This document shows positions 46,437 to 56,810 of a DNA stretch of 64,000 nucleotides, piece by piece. The position numbers and the translations under genes are program-made. Location of the stretch: positions 66,397 through 130,396 of the forward strand of contig JBFLZW010000002.1 in assembly GCA_040755755.1 (NCBI GenBank), in the 5' to 3' direction. This stretch comes from a bacterium (lineage in GTDB: Bacteria; SZUA-182; DTGQ01). The notes beneath the pieces were generated by a model. It was not told the DNA's origin and did not search any database. It saw only the letters and a program-made list of their open reading frames with translations. The stretch's first letter is position 1. Each line of letters opens with the position of its first letter.

Positions 46437-47507
46437 TCACAGCTTCATCCCGGTCATCTCTTCGATCTGGGCAATCAGGGCTGGAAGCAGTTCTGCCTCA
46501 CTGCGTTTATCGACAATTTTACCGTTTCGGAAAACGACCCCGATCTGCCGGCCTCCGGCAATTCCGACATCGGCTTCTTTTGCCTCTCCGGGGCCATTTA
46601 CCACACAGCCCATAATGGCCACCTTCAGAGTTTGCGAAAGGTGGCCGATTCGCTCCCGGACCTCTGCGGCCAGCTTCTGGATATCGATTTCACAGCGGCC
46701 GCAGGCAGGGCAGGAAATAATTTCCGGCCCGCGCTGACGGATCCCCAGAGCGCGCAGGATTTCATAGCCTGCCCGCACCTCAAAAACGGGATCCGCGGTC
46801 AGAGACACCCGCATCGTATCCCCGATCCCTTCAGCGAGCAAAATTCCCAATCCGACAGCGGATTTGATTCCGCCGCAGAAGGCATCTCCGGTCTCGGTAA
46901 TGCCAAGATGGAGAGGATAATCCATTTCTTTGGCGATCAGCCGGTATGCTTCAATCGTGTCCGGTACCGAAGAGGATTTCAAGGATATTTTGATCCGGGA
47001 AAATCCCATCTCCTCAAGAAGTTCGACTTTCCGCCGGGCACTTTCCACCATAGCTTCGGCTGGTGCTCCGCCGTATTTCTGATACAGGTCCTTTTCCAGC
47101 GACCCGGCATTGACTCCGACGCGGATAACGGTACCGCGGTCGAGGGCCACCCGGATCAGCTCCTGTAAATGGGTGCGTGATCCGATATTGCCCGGATTGA
47201 TGCGAAGCCCCTCGACGCCGCCTTCCATAGCCATGATAGCCAGCCGGTAATCGAAGTGGACATCGGCAATGACCGGAATCGGGCTGTGCTGAACGATGTA
47301 GGGAATCTGCCGTGCAGCATCCCGGTCGGGCACGGCTACCCGGATGATTTCGCAGCCAGCCTGAGCCAGCCGCCTGATCTGGTCCACCGTAGCCTCACGG
47401 TTCCGGGTGTCGGTTTTGGTCATGGATTGAACCGAGATGGGGGCACCATCACCGATTTTCACCTCCCGCAGCCAGATGGACCTGGTCGTCTTTCGCTGTA
47501 TGTTCAT
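46437..47507 (-). CDS. ispG: 4-hydroxy-3-methylbut-2-enyl diphosphate synthase IspG
   Basis: APISVQSMT and CPACGRC motifs. Confidence 0.95.
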   Translation of the reverse strand: MNIQRKTTRSIWLREVKIGDGAPISVQSMTKTDTRNREATVDQIRRLAQAGCEIIRVAVPDRDAARQIPYIVQHSPIPVIADVHFDYRLAIMAMEGGVEGLRINPGNIGSRTHLQELIRVALDRGTVIRVGVNAGSLEKDLYQKYGGAPAEAMVESARRKVELLEEMGFSRIKISLKSSSVPDTIEAYRLIAKEMDYPLHLGITETGDAFCGGIKSAVGLGILLAEGIGDTMRVSLTADPVFEVRAGYEILRALGIRQRGPEIISCPACGRCEIDIQKLAAEVRERIGHLSQTLKVAIMGCVVNGPGEAKEADVGIAGGRQIGVVFRNGKIVDKRSEAELLPALIAQIEEMTGMKL

Positions 47508-47549
47508 GGTTTATGTACCTTTTGTTTGTTTTGCCTATTCATTTCTCCA

Positions 47550-47625
47550 CATTCTCACTCGTCTCCTGTGCTTTTCTCTGTGTTTCTCTGTGCCTCTGTG
47601 TCTCTGTGTTGTCCTTTGTATTTCC
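47550..47625. repeat. Family B heptamer repeat (overlaps the tsaE 3' end)
   Basis: ctcactcgtctcctgtgcttttctctgtgtttctctgtgcctctgtgtctctgtgttgtcctttgtatttcctc. Confidence 0.65.
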
Positions 47626-48133
47626 TCGAAAAGAGCCGATGCCGAAATCGCCCTAGAAGTTTCTCTGAATCTTCCCCCCGTGCAATAAAAAGTAACCGGC
47701 GGCTGTCAGTTCCAAGATACTCCAGAACCACCGTAAGGTGGTCTTCGGGCAGAAGATCTTCGATTTTCTCCGCCCATTCCACCAGGGTGACTCCCTGGCC
47801 GAAAAAATATTCCTCGTAGCCGAGCTCCTCCAGCTCTTGCGGGCTTGCGAGGCGGTAGACATCGAAGTGATAGACTGGAACGGTCCCCCCGTACTCGTTG
47901 ATGAGGGTAAAGGTAGGACTGGTCAGGTAGCGGTCCTGCACCTTCAGGCCCCGCAGGATGCCCTGGACCAGGCAGGTTTTGCCTGCTCCCAGATTGCCGG
48001 ACAGGGCAACGAGCTGGCCGCGGGATGAGGATTCACCCAGTAATTCACCCAGCACTTTTCCCAGGTCATGGGTTTCCTGCGGGCTTAAGGTGAATATGAT
48101 TAATCTCCTGATTTTCCGATCTTCCCTGTTCAT
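47555..48133 (-). CDS. tsaE: tRNA threonylcarbamoyladenosine biosynthesis protein TsaE
   Basis: LSGNLGAGKT P-loop. The C-terminal ~20 aa (KGQHRDTEAQRNTEKS) are repeat-encoded. Confidence 0.8.
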   Translation of the reverse strand: MNREDRKIRRLIIFTLSPQETHDLGKVLGELLGESSSRGQLVALSGNLGAGKTCLVQGILRGLKVQDRYLTSPTFTLINEYGGTVPVYHFDVYRLASPQELEELGYEEYFFGQGVTLVEWAEKIEDLLPEDHLTVVLEYLGTDSRRLLFIARGEDSEKLLGRFRHRLFSRKYKGQHRDTEAQRNTEKSTGDE

Positions 48134-48144
48134 CAATAATCGTA

Positions 48145-48981
48145 TCACTCAAGGCGGAAGCTGAAGGGGATAATCCCCCATTCCAGATCGCCCCTTCCTT
48201 TGCTCACCGGCTCAAACCGATACTTGCGTAAATACTCCGTAGCCACTACATCCAGCCGGGGGTCCAGTTTCTGCATCGGCACCACCCGGACGACAGACCC
48301 CTGGCTGTCTACCCAGAATTTCAGCCGAATCCGGCCCTGTGTCTGGCCCTGATAGCCTTCCGGATAGCGTGGAGGATAGGGTGGTTTATACAGGATGCGG
48401 CGGGGCTTTCCCGACCATTCAATATCAGCGCTGGCTGAAGAGAAGAGGGTCTCTTTGGCCACTTCTTCCGCTGCCTCCTCATCGCCAAAGTCCACTTCCT
48501 CCGGCACTGGCTTTGGCAGGCTCTCTTCCTTTTTGACCGCATCCTCAACCGGTTTTGGCGGCGGCTGGGGCGCTGCTGCCGGGAGCTGTTTGGGCTGGCT
48601 GGCCATCTCATCTGCCAGGGTCTGATCGATCACTTCATCCTCCAGGGTTTTGTCTGCATGGGGCAGGGGGGGCGATTCTTTCCGCTGCGGCCGGGGTGGG
48701 GGCGCAAAGGAAGGCATCTGAACATCCCGGACAGCTTTCATCCGCTCCAGGAGCTTCGGGTCAATTTCAGGGGCAGGAACATCCCCCTGAGCCTGCGGTC
48801 GGGCTTTTTTCTTCTGAACCGGCGAGAGTGCGGTCTGAATGAGATGGACCTGAGTACAGGGTGATCCGCCGATCCGCTCTTCCGGGCTTATCGGCCTGAA
48901 TTTCGGTATCAGATAGATAAGGAGTGCATGCATCAGGAGAGAGACAGCTATAAATGTGGGTAAGCTTCTATTCTCCATCAT
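48145..48981 (-). CDS. TonB-family energy transducer
   Basis: N-terminal TM helix, Pro-rich linker, TonB C-terminal domain (RIRLKFWVDSQGSV). Confidence 0.75.
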   Translation of the reverse strand: MMENRSLPTFIAVSLLMHALLIYLIPKFRPISPEERIGGSPCTQVHLIQTALSPVQKKKARPQAQGDVPAPEIDPKLLERMKAVRDVQMPSFAPPPRPQRKESPPLPHADKTLEDEVIDQTLADEMASQPKQLPAAAPQPPPKPVEDAVKKEESLPKPVPEEVDFGDEEAAEEVAKETLFSSASADIEWSGKPRRILYKPPYPPRYPEGYQGQTQGRIRLKFWVDSQGSVVRVVPMQKLDPRLDVVATEYLRKYRFEPVSKGRGDLEWGIIPFSFRLE

Positions 48982-49022
48982 AGGGACCAGTTATTCGTCG
49001 TCAAAGGTATTTATTATTATCA

Positions 49023-49436
49023 TCATTTTTCATCCTCCGGCCTGGTGGCGATAGCCAGGGTTTCAATGCCCGACTTTTTGGCTATGTCCATAACCGAAAC
49101 AACCAGTCCGTGGGGGACAACCTCATCTGCCTTGACGATCAGGACGGACTTGCTTCCCTGACTTCGGGCCTTGATCAGCCGGTCGGGCAACTCGGCCAGA
49201 GAAACCATATCTTCGTTCAGGTAAATTTTTTTCTCCCTGGTGATGGTGGCCACCAGTTCCTTTTCCTGTTGCAGGTCCTTGGTGCTGGCCTTGGGGAGCC
49301 TGACATCGATGCCGGTCTGGGCCATAAAGGAAGTGGTAATCATAAAGAAGATTACCAGCTGCAAAGTCACATCGATCAGGGGAGTGAGATTGATATCCAG
49401 TTTGGATCCACCGTCGTAGTCATTCGAAAAATTCAT
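49023..49436 (-). CDS. ExbD/TolR biopolymer transport protein
   Basis: INLTPLIDVTLQLVIFFM. Confidence 0.85.
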   Translation of the reverse strand: MNFSNDYDGGSKLDINLTPLIDVTLQLVIFFMITTSFMAQTGIDVRLPKASTKDLQQEKELVATITREKKIYLNEDMVSLAELPDRLIKARSQGSKSVLIVKADEVVPHGLVVSVMDIAKKSGIETLAIATRPEDEK

Positions 49437-49449
49437 TGTTCTTCCCCTT

Positions 49450-50091
49450 TCACCTCAAGGCATCCCGGTGGGCAAAGCTTTTTGGGCTCTCTTCTTTTTT
49501 CAGAATATCAAGAAGCTCCATGGAGGTATTTTCCATATCCGAGATGTATCCGTGGGCTTTCTTGGAGAAGTAGTTATGGGCAACCAGCGCAGGGATGCCA
49601 ATGATCAGACCCGCGGCAGTGGTAATCAACGCCTCGCCGACTCCGCCAGCCAGGTCTTTGGGATGGCCGACTCCGATGGTTGCCACTACCTCAAATGCCT
49701 TGATCATTCCGGTTACGGTCCCCAAAAGTCCGAGCAGCGGAGCGACCGTGGCCACGGTGGACAGGGGAGCGAGGTGTTTTTGCAATTTTGTCGATTCCCT
49801 TTTGCCCGCATGCTCGATGGCCTCCTTAATCTCATCGCGTGAGGCATGGATCTTTATGATTCCTGCCTCGATAATTTTCGAGATGGCAAAGGAACTGTTG
49901 CCGCAAATGGCAATAGCCTCATTCATCTTGCCCTCATGGAGCAGTTTTTTTATTTTGCTGACAAACTCAGGGGGATGGATCCTCGACTCCCGCAGACTAT
50001 AAAGCCGTTCAAGTACAATAGCCAAACCCAGCACCGAGCAGAAGAGGATAGGAACCATTACCCATCCTCCCTTAATAATATAGTCAATCAT
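49450..50091 (-). CDS. ExbB/TolQ/MotA proton-channel protein
   Basis: Three TM helices, LGLLGTVTGMIKAF. Confidence 0.85.
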   Translation of the reverse strand: MIDYIIKGGWVMVPILFCSVLGLAIVLERLYSLRESRIHPPEFVSKIKKLLHEGKMNEAIAICGNSSFAISKIIEAGIIKIHASRDEIKEAIEHAGKRESTKLQKHLAPLSTVATVAPLLGLLGTVTGMIKAFEVVATIGVGHPKDLAGGVGEALITTAAGLIIGIPALVAHNYFSKKAHGYISDMENTSMELLDILKKEESPKSFAHRDALR

Positions 50092-50131
50092 GCCTTCCTC
50101 CTTGGTTTATATCATATATGGTAAAAATATG

Positions 50132-53100
50132 CTATTTCTTTTTCTTCTTCGATGCAGAGAGCACGCTGATCCTTCGGATGGCTTCCTTCTGTAATTCAGC
50201 ATCCCGGGCACCCTTGACTACCTTCTGATAGGCACTCTTTGCCTGTTCGCTGTTTCCCTGCCGCTCATAGAGCTCCCCTACCCGGTAGTAAACCTTGATT
50301 TTCCACTCTTCCTCGTCAGGATAGAGGTAGGGGATTTTCAGGTAATCGGCGATGGCCTGTGAATAATTTCTCAACTGGGTTTTCGCCTCTCCGAGATGGA
50401 ACAGGGAATTAAGCCTCATTTCCTTGTTCGGGGATTTGGCAGAATCACTGAAGGCGCGTGCTGCATCCTCGTAGTGGGCTTCGCTGAAAAAGGCCTGGCC
50501 GAGTTTGAACTGGACCTCGTGAAAGAAGGGGCCTTCGGGAAATTTCTCAGCCAACCGAAGGTAATTCTCCCTGGCTTCAGCCTGATTTCCCAGTTTCTCA
50601 TTGGATGCTCCCCGGTAGTACAGTGCCTCATGGAGGAGAACCTCGGGTTTTTCAAATTTCAAAACAGCATCGCACTCTGCAATGGTTTTTTGAAACTGGT
50701 CCAGAGCAAAGTATGCCCTGGCCAGGCCAAGGTGAATATCCATTGCCCGTGTGGTTTGCGGAGACATCTCGATGAGTTTGATAAATTCCTCAATAGCCCG
50801 CTCATGCTCACCCGCCTGGAGATGGATTGAGGCAACCTTGTACATGGCCTCATCCAGCAGTTTTCCTTTGGGGAACTTCTGGACCAGAGTCTGGTAATTT
50901 TGAATGGCTTCCGGAAGATTTCCCCGGGTGAAAAGCGTTTCGCCAATCTGGAACTGCAGTTGCTCACTGATCGGGTTATCTTTATATTTCTCGATGAAAT
51001 TCTTGGATGTGTCCAAATACTGATCAATCATTCCCAGCCGGTCGTAGCAGAGGATCGTCCCGTATTCAGCCTCGATTCCCACCGAAGTATTGCCAAGTTT
51101 TGCACTCAGCTCCTGATAGCGCGAAAGGGCCGGTGCATATTGTCCGAGGTTATAGAGGCAATCGGCTATTCTGATCTGCGCCTGCTCGATAAAACGGCTC
51201 TTTGGGTAATCCCGCAGAAGGATCTGAAATTCCTTCATGGCCTCCTGGAATTTACTGTCCTGGAAAAAGGTCAGCCCGATGTAATACTGCGTCTGGTCCC
51301 GTAAATCGCTCTGAGGAAACTTGGTGAGCATCCGGCGGAATTGCCTGATCGCTTCCTTCGTCTCGCCCATCCGGGAATAGGTCAGGGCATAGCGGAAAGC
51401 GGCTGTATCGATGAGCGATGATGTGGGGAATCTGGCCATCAGTTCTTCGAGGCATTTCTGGGACTTGGCATATTCTTTCAGGTTATGCAGACATTCAGCC
51501 TGGCGGAAAAGGGCATCCGGTACAAGCTGGCTGTCCGGGAAACTCGTGGCCATCCGGGAAAACTCTCTGGCCGCCTGGGTCCAGTCTTCCAGCCGGTAAT
51601 AGGCCCAGCCGATCCCATGCTGTGCCGGGGCGCTCCATTTGCCTTCCGGATACTCGTCCAGGAGCTGTGAATAACTGCGAATGGCCGCCTGGTAATTCCC
51701 CTGGCGGAAATAGGATTCCCCGATCCAGTAAATCGCCTGATCGGCCAGACTGGTGCCCGGATATTCATTGAGTAATTTTTGCAGGTCCACAATAGCCCTG
51801 GCATACTGCTCAAGGAGAATGGAACAGGTTCCTGACCGGAAATAGGCAGTTTCCGTGTACTCGTTCGAAGCCGCAGGCGGAGTTAATTTGTTATACCAGG
51901 TTGCGGCTTCCGCGTACTGCTTTTGATTATAACAGGTTTCGGCCAGCATGAAAATCCCGGAGATCCGCAGGGGCTCTTCGATCCCCTGACGGTCCAGCAG
52001 GGTTTTGAGCTTCCCGGAAGCTGCCTGGTACTCCCCGGTCTTAAACAGGGACCAGGCAACCCCGAAGAGTGCCTGATTGTAAACGGGAGACGTGGGATAG
52101 TCGGCCAAAAGCTGCTCGTAGGCTTTTTGTGCCTGCGGGTAATCTTCCAGCATGAAGTAACATCGCCCCTGGCGAAACAGGACCTGAGAGATCAGGCTGC
52201 TGTTCGGGTATTTTTCCCGCAGAACCTTGAGCCGGTCAAGAGAATCCTGAAACCGGGAGGTCTTGAAGCTGATCCAGGCCAGGCCATACAGGGCAGATTC
52301 CGCCAGGCTGTGGGAGGGATATTTGGAAAGAAATTCCGTATAGAGCTTTTCACTGGTTTCAAATTCATTGAGGTTGAAAAAACACTCCGCCTGCCAGAAG
52401 ATGCATTGAGAGAGAAAAGGGCTCTGGGGAAATTCCCGGATCAACTGCTGATAGTTGCGGGCAGAATCCCGGTATTTTCCGAGGTGATAGAGATCTGCGG
52501 CCAGAAGATAATAGGCTTTTTCCCGCAGGGGGCTTAACCCGAACAGATTGATTACGGATTGAAGATGCTGGCTGGATGCCTGGAACTCTCCCCTTTGAGC
52601 GTAAATCCACCCCAGGGAGTAAAAAGCATAGTCAGCATACTGCGACTGGACGGAGCGGGCAATGACCCGCTGATAGGAGGAAATGGCCTTATCCATCTCT
52701 TTCAGGTTAAAGTAGGATTCTCCTGCCCAGTAAGCCGCCATCCCTTTGTAAGGGCTGTTCGGGTATTTTTTAATCAGCTTTTCAAAGGCTGATGCGGCCT
52801 GCCGGTAATTCCCCCGGGAATATTCATGCTTTCCGTACTCATAATAGCCATTGTCCCGCAGGACAGTCCGGGAAAAGGCTCCGCCGCACGGCATACCAAA
52901 GAGGCAGCCAAACTTGGGCTTGATCGCGGGTTTCATTTTTTCTTCCGCACCGATGACCGGCGCGATACCTGCCTTGGCCGCTTCGCTGGGAACATCCTTG
53001 ACTCCCAGGGCCGACATGGCCGGCATCTGCAAGCTGGTTTTATCCTCTTTGAATTTTAATTGATAATCCCCCGTGACCACCACTTCCGGCAGGGTAATCC

Positions 53101-53242
53101 CCGGTTTGGTCTCACCATCGGTAGCTCGAACCAATGAGGGGTGAATCCAGCAGATTATCGCCCAGCATGATACCAAAATCCAGAACCTTACCGATAAGCT
53201 TTTCTGTGCGGGGCACAGCCCCTGGTGTGTTATCCGCTTCAA
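50132..53242 (-). CDS. Very large TPR-repeat protein (1036 aa)
   Basis: About 20 TPR units (YY/LG/A patterns) after an N-terminal signal-anchor. Confidence 0.8.
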   Translation of the reverse strand: MKRITHQGLCPAQKSLSVRFWILVSCWAIICWIHPSLVRATDGETKPGITLPEVVVTGDYQLKFKEDKTSLQMPAMSALGVKDVPSEAAKAGIAPVIGAEEKMKPAIKPKFGCLFGMPCGGAFSRTVLRDNGYYEYGKHEYSRGNYRQAASAFEKLIKKYPNSPYKGMAAYWAGESYFNLKEMDKAISSYQRVIARSVQSQYADYAFYSLGWIYAQRGEFQASSQHLQSVINLFGLSPLREKAYYLLAADLYHLGKYRDSARNYQQLIREFPQSPFLSQCIFWQAECFFNLNEFETSEKLYTEFLSKYPSHSLAESALYGLAWISFKTSRFQDSLDRLKVLREKYPNSSLISQVLFRQGRCYFMLEDYPQAQKAYEQLLADYPTSPVYNQALFGVAWSLFKTGEYQAASGKLKTLLDRQGIEEPLRISGIFMLAETCYNQKQYAEAATWYNKLTPPAASNEYTETAYFRSGTCSILLEQYARAIVDLQKLLNEYPGTSLADQAIYWIGESYFRQGNYQAAIRSYSQLLDEYPEGKWSAPAQHGIGWAYYRLEDWTQAAREFSRMATSFPDSQLVPDALFRQAECLHNLKEYAKSQKCLEELMARFPTSSLIDTAAFRYALTYSRMGETKEAIRQFRRMLTKFPQSDLRDQTQYYIGLTFFQDSKFQEAMKEFQILLRDYPKSRFIEQAQIRIADCLYNLGQYAPALSRYQELSAKLGNTSVGIEAEYGTILCYDRLGMIDQYLDTSKNFIEKYKDNPISEQLQFQIGETLFTRGNLPEAIQNYQTLVQKFPKGKLLDEAMYKVASIHLQAGEHERAIEEFIKLIEMSPQTTRAMDIHLGLARAYFALDQFQKTIAECDAVLKFEKPEVLLHEALYYRGASNEKLGNQAEARENYLRLAEKFPEGPFFHEVQFKLGQAFFSEAHYEDAARAFSDSAKSPNKEMRLNSLFHLGEAKTQLRNYSQAIADYLKIPYLYPDEEEWKIKVYYRVGELYERQGNSEQAKSAYQKVVKGARDAELQKEAIRRISVLSASKKKKK

Positions 53243-53307
53243 GGGTTACTCATCCTCCCTTCACAAAGACAATGACTGTCTGAAGAAAACAAGCAAGCGA
53301 TATAAGT

Positions 53308-54804
53308 TTAAGGACTTCCTTTGATTTGAGACCGCAATTTTTCAATCCTCTGGAGGGCGGTGGGCCTGAGCTGATTTTCACTTTTACTCTTGGCCACCTT
53401 CTCGTAAAGCTCCAATGCCTTGTTAAGCTCTCCGCGATGCTCGTAAATTCCCGCTGCCCTCATTTGCGCCATAACCGCCCAATGTGCGATCCCATCATAT
53501 TGCCGGGGAATCTGCAATAAAATTTGAACAGCCTTATCGTAATTTTTCTGGCTCGCCCAGGACTCTCCCAGCCAGTAAAGGGCCTCCGCGGCCACATTCC
53601 GGTCGGCTGATCCTGAGGCGCTTTCGTAAGCCCTGACAGCCTGAGGAAACTGCCGGGACTGATAGGAAATGGCCCCCAGTTGAAGCCACGCACTGTCAGC
53701 GATCGGATTACTTTTAAATTCTCTGACAATGCGGTTCAACTGCTGCCCGGCCAGATCCTGCTTTCCCAGTTTCTGATTGCTGAGGGCAAGATAATACCAG
53801 GCTTCAGGCAAGTACATGCTTTTCCCATAGCTGTGGATAAATGCCTCCAGTCTGCCGGCGGCCAGGGAATATTTTTCCAGCTTAAACTCCATGAATCCGC
53901 TTTGAAAGGCTGCCGTTTCCGCCAAATCATCCTTCGGATATTTCTCCAGAAACTGCTGGTACATCTCCAGGGCTTTTGGAAACTGCTGAGCCTGGTAAAA
54001 TGACAGCCCCGCTCCATACAGGGCCAGCCGGATATCGGGGGAATCGGGATAATCATGCACAACTTTCTGGTAATTCTGAGCCGCCTTACCGTAATTCCCC
54101 GATCGATATTCAACATCCGCCATATTCAACCAGGCTTTGGCAACTTGTTGTTTATTTTGTGGATACCTGGTAGTCAATTCCTGAAAGGCTTTCAATGCCT
54201 GCCCCTCATCCTGCAATTTCAGATAAGCCGACCCCAGGCCATAGGCTGCATCGGCAGCATGGCTGTGATTCGGGTAATTGTTGAGGAATTGCCGGTAAGA
54301 TTGGCTTGCCTCCTTCCATTTTCCAGCCTGACTGTTCGACTCCGCTGACCAGAACAGGGCATCGCCAGCCAGCCTGCTGCCGGGACACTGGCCGAGCAGC
54401 TTCTGGTAAAAGCTGTCCGCCTTCTCATAATCTTTTTTGAAAAAATACAGTTGGCCCAGCCGGTACAGGGCTTTGTCCAGCAGGTCGCTCTTGTCTGGAT
54501 ACTGATCGAGCAGTTTTTGATACCAGGTGAGAGACTGTTCGTAATTTTTTTGCTTGAAATACGACTCTGCAATCCGAAACTGAGCATAGGGAACCTTGGG
54601 CGAGTTGGGATACAGCCGCAGCAATTGGGAAAACTGGTCAATAGCCAAATCATGGAACCCATCCTTATACGCGCCAAGGGCAACCGCATACAGACTATTC
54701 TCATCAGTGCCCTGAGCAGAGGATATCCGTGCGGATTGAAGAAACACCATACCAGCCAGCAGCACAGAGCACACAGATACGAGGAGAGCTTTCTGATCGG
54801 TCAT
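53308..54804 (-). CDS. TPR-repeat protein (YbgF-like)
   Basis: Signal peptide followed by TPR units. Start taken at the internal Met. Confidence 0.7.
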   Translation of the reverse strand: MTDQKALLVSVCSVLLAGMVFLQSARISSAQGTDENSLYAVALGAYKDGFHDLAIDQFSQLLRLYPNSPKVPYAQFRIAESYFKQKNYEQSLTWYQKLLDQYPDKSDLLDKALYRLGQLYFFKKDYEKADSFYQKLLGQCPGSRLAGDALFWSAESNSQAGKWKEASQSYRQFLNNYPNHSHAADAAYGLGSAYLKLQDEGQALKAFQELTTRYPQNKQQVAKAWLNMADVEYRSGNYGKAAQNYQKVVHDYPDSPDIRLALYGAGLSFYQAQQFPKALEMYQQFLEKYPKDDLAETAAFQSGFMEFKLEKYSLAAGRLEAFIHSYGKSMYLPEAWYYLALSNQKLGKQDLAGQQLNRIVREFKSNPIADSAWLQLGAISYQSRQFPQAVRAYESASGSADRNVAAEALYWLGESWASQKNYDKAVQILLQIPRQYDGIAHWAVMAQMRAAGIYEHRGELNKALELYEKVAKSKSENQLRPTALQRIEKLRSQIKGSP

Positions 54805-55060
54805 AAGCAGTATACCTGGTACTGTGCCGGGCACTCCATTGGGTGATAACCTGGGCATAATAACTTTAAGTTTATGTATTTCCATCGGTAAAGAACTATG
54901 CTCCTCAGTTTAACATACTTTGCTGAGAAATTCAATTTTATCAGGCAGCAGTGATAGAACCGACATTCCGCTCTGATACAATTCTCAACTACTGGGGAAA
55001 GAAGATAAGATAAAATGGGCGAGAGCAATTAAGAACCGCTCTAACATGAGAGAGCCCGCT

Positions 55061-56782
55061 CTACCTGAGGAGCGGAGAAATTGTTTCTATGGACCATTGC
55101 TGCAGCAGGGTCCCTTCGCAAATCTGGAGATCGATAAAGGCTTCGATCTGATCGATAATAGCCGTGACCTCGCGGACCCGGGCTTCGGTGAGATCCCGCT
55201 GGGCCTGAAAGACCAGCAGGTTTGTGGACCTGCCTACCCGGAATTTTTCCTGTTCGACCTTCAGTTTTTCTTCCTGTTTGCTGCGATTGGCCTGCAGGGC
55301 GAAAATCTGTTCCCGGCAGCGCTCGATTTCCCCAATTGCCTTGCGGACCTCGACCTGGATAATCTGTTTCAAGTTCTCGATGCTTTCCAGGTATTTGAGG
55401 CGGCTTAAGCCGGCCCTGCGGGACTGAGCTTTGGCCTGGGTATTTTCAAGGGGCCGTGACAGGTTCAGACCGACAATATAGTCGGAGTCATCGAATTCAC
55501 TGATGGATTGAGGAAATTCCGGGCCGGAGGCCATGTTTTTCAGGGTGATGAAAAAATCCAGCCGGGGAAGGAGCCCGTTTCGGGTCCGCACCACTTCAAG
55601 ATCCCCTTTCTGGAGATTGAGATAGGCCTGTGCAAGGTCGGGCCGAGACCGGAATGCCGTGGCCACGTGCTCCTGAACATTGCCGGTTTCCCGGTCAATG
55701 GGAGCGGGAGGTGTGGTGAGGCTGACCTTCCGGTCCCAGAGGGTATCAACATCAGGGTTGAGGAGGCGGAGAAAATCGAGGGTCCGCTGGGAGAGTGCGC
55801 TTTTGGCATCGATGACCTTTCCCTTTTCGGCAGCCACTTCGGCCTGGGCAAAGATAAGCTCTGATTCGGCCTGTTTTCCCAGTCTGATCCTCTCCTGGGT
55901 TTCATCCATCTGTCGCTCGGATAATTCCAGAGATTTTTCCCGGATATTCAGGGTCTCTTTGGCCAGCACCAGATCCCAGTAATTTTTCTGAACCCTGGCC
56001 ACCAGTTCGATGATGTATTGTTGCAGCTCATAGGCGGAAATCTGCTGATCGAATTCCGCCTGACGGACGAGTGAGAGATTGACCTTTCTCCCCACCCCCT
56101 GGAGAAGAGGCTGGGTCAGAGTCATGCTGGCGGAGGTGGAATAGCGGGTGGATGATGTCGATGATTTTTCGTTGGGTGAATCCGTTTTCCTGATCAACTG
56201 ATTTTTTTCTTCATCGGAATATTGGCTTCCCAGGTCGAATTCCAGCTTGGTGCCGGTCGAAAAGAGTTTGGAAAATCCCAGAACTCCTCCATACGATTGC
56301 GTCTCCTTATCGAGGGTCGCCTTCTGTACATCGCCAAAGTACTCATCATAGTATTGCTCGAATATGTCATCCGGCATATTGGGGTATTCATCGCGGACAT
56401 TTTTGCGGATATCCTTCCGGTTGAGGCTGGTTTCATCCGTGGTTTGTTCAGCCTGCAGTTTAATGAACGGCGAAAAGTCAAACGGGGCTTTCCGTTCTTC
56501 GACCGCGGTCTCGGCAATCTTGGGATTGACGATCTGGACCTTGAGGTCCCGGTTGCGGTTTAAAGCCAGTAAGATTGCATCTTCCAGCGTGAAAGACAAC
56601 TCCTGCGGGCCGGAGGGTCCCGGTTCTTCGGCTGGTATATCCTCCTCCGATTCCGAAGGCTCCCGGTCAGGTTCCGAAAGCTCCCGGGTTGTCCGTGGAG
56701 GCTCTTGTGCCCTGGCCTCCGGAATGAAAAAGACTGGCAGCAGGGATAGAAGTAACCAGATAACAAGCGGGCTGATCTTCAT
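55061..56782 (-). CDS. TolC-like outer-membrane efflux protein
   Basis: Signal peptide and two OEP repeats. Lies downstream of the macB-like permease. Confidence 0.75.
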   Translation of the reverse strand: MKISPLVIWLLLSLLPVFFIPEARAQEPPRTTRELSEPDREPSESEEDIPAEEPGPSGPQELSFTLEDAILLALNRNRDLKVQIVNPKIAETAVEERKAPFDFSPFIKLQAEQTTDETSLNRKDIRKNVRDEYPNMPDDIFEQYYDEYFGDVQKATLDKETQSYGGVLGFSKLFSTGTKLEFDLGSQYSDEEKNQLIRKTDSPNEKSSTSSTRYSTSASMTLTQPLLQGVGRKVNLSLVRQAEFDQQISAYELQQYIIELVARVQKNYWDLVLAKETLNIREKSLELSERQMDETQERIRLGKQAESELIFAQAEVAAEKGKVIDAKSALSQRTLDFLRLLNPDVDTLWDRKVSLTTPPAPIDRETGNVQEHVATAFRSRPDLAQAYLNLQKGDLEVVRTRNGLLPRLDFFITLKNMASGPEFPQSISEFDDSDYIVGLNLSRPLENTQAKAQSRRAGLSRLKYLESIENLKQIIQVEVRKAIGEIERCREQIFALQANRSKQEEKLKVEQEKFRVGRSTNLLVFQAQRDLTEARVREVTAIIDQIEAFIDLQICEGTLLQQWSIETISPLLR

Positions 56783-56810
56783 AGGTTCTCCTTTGCGTGG
56801 ATACAGGGGG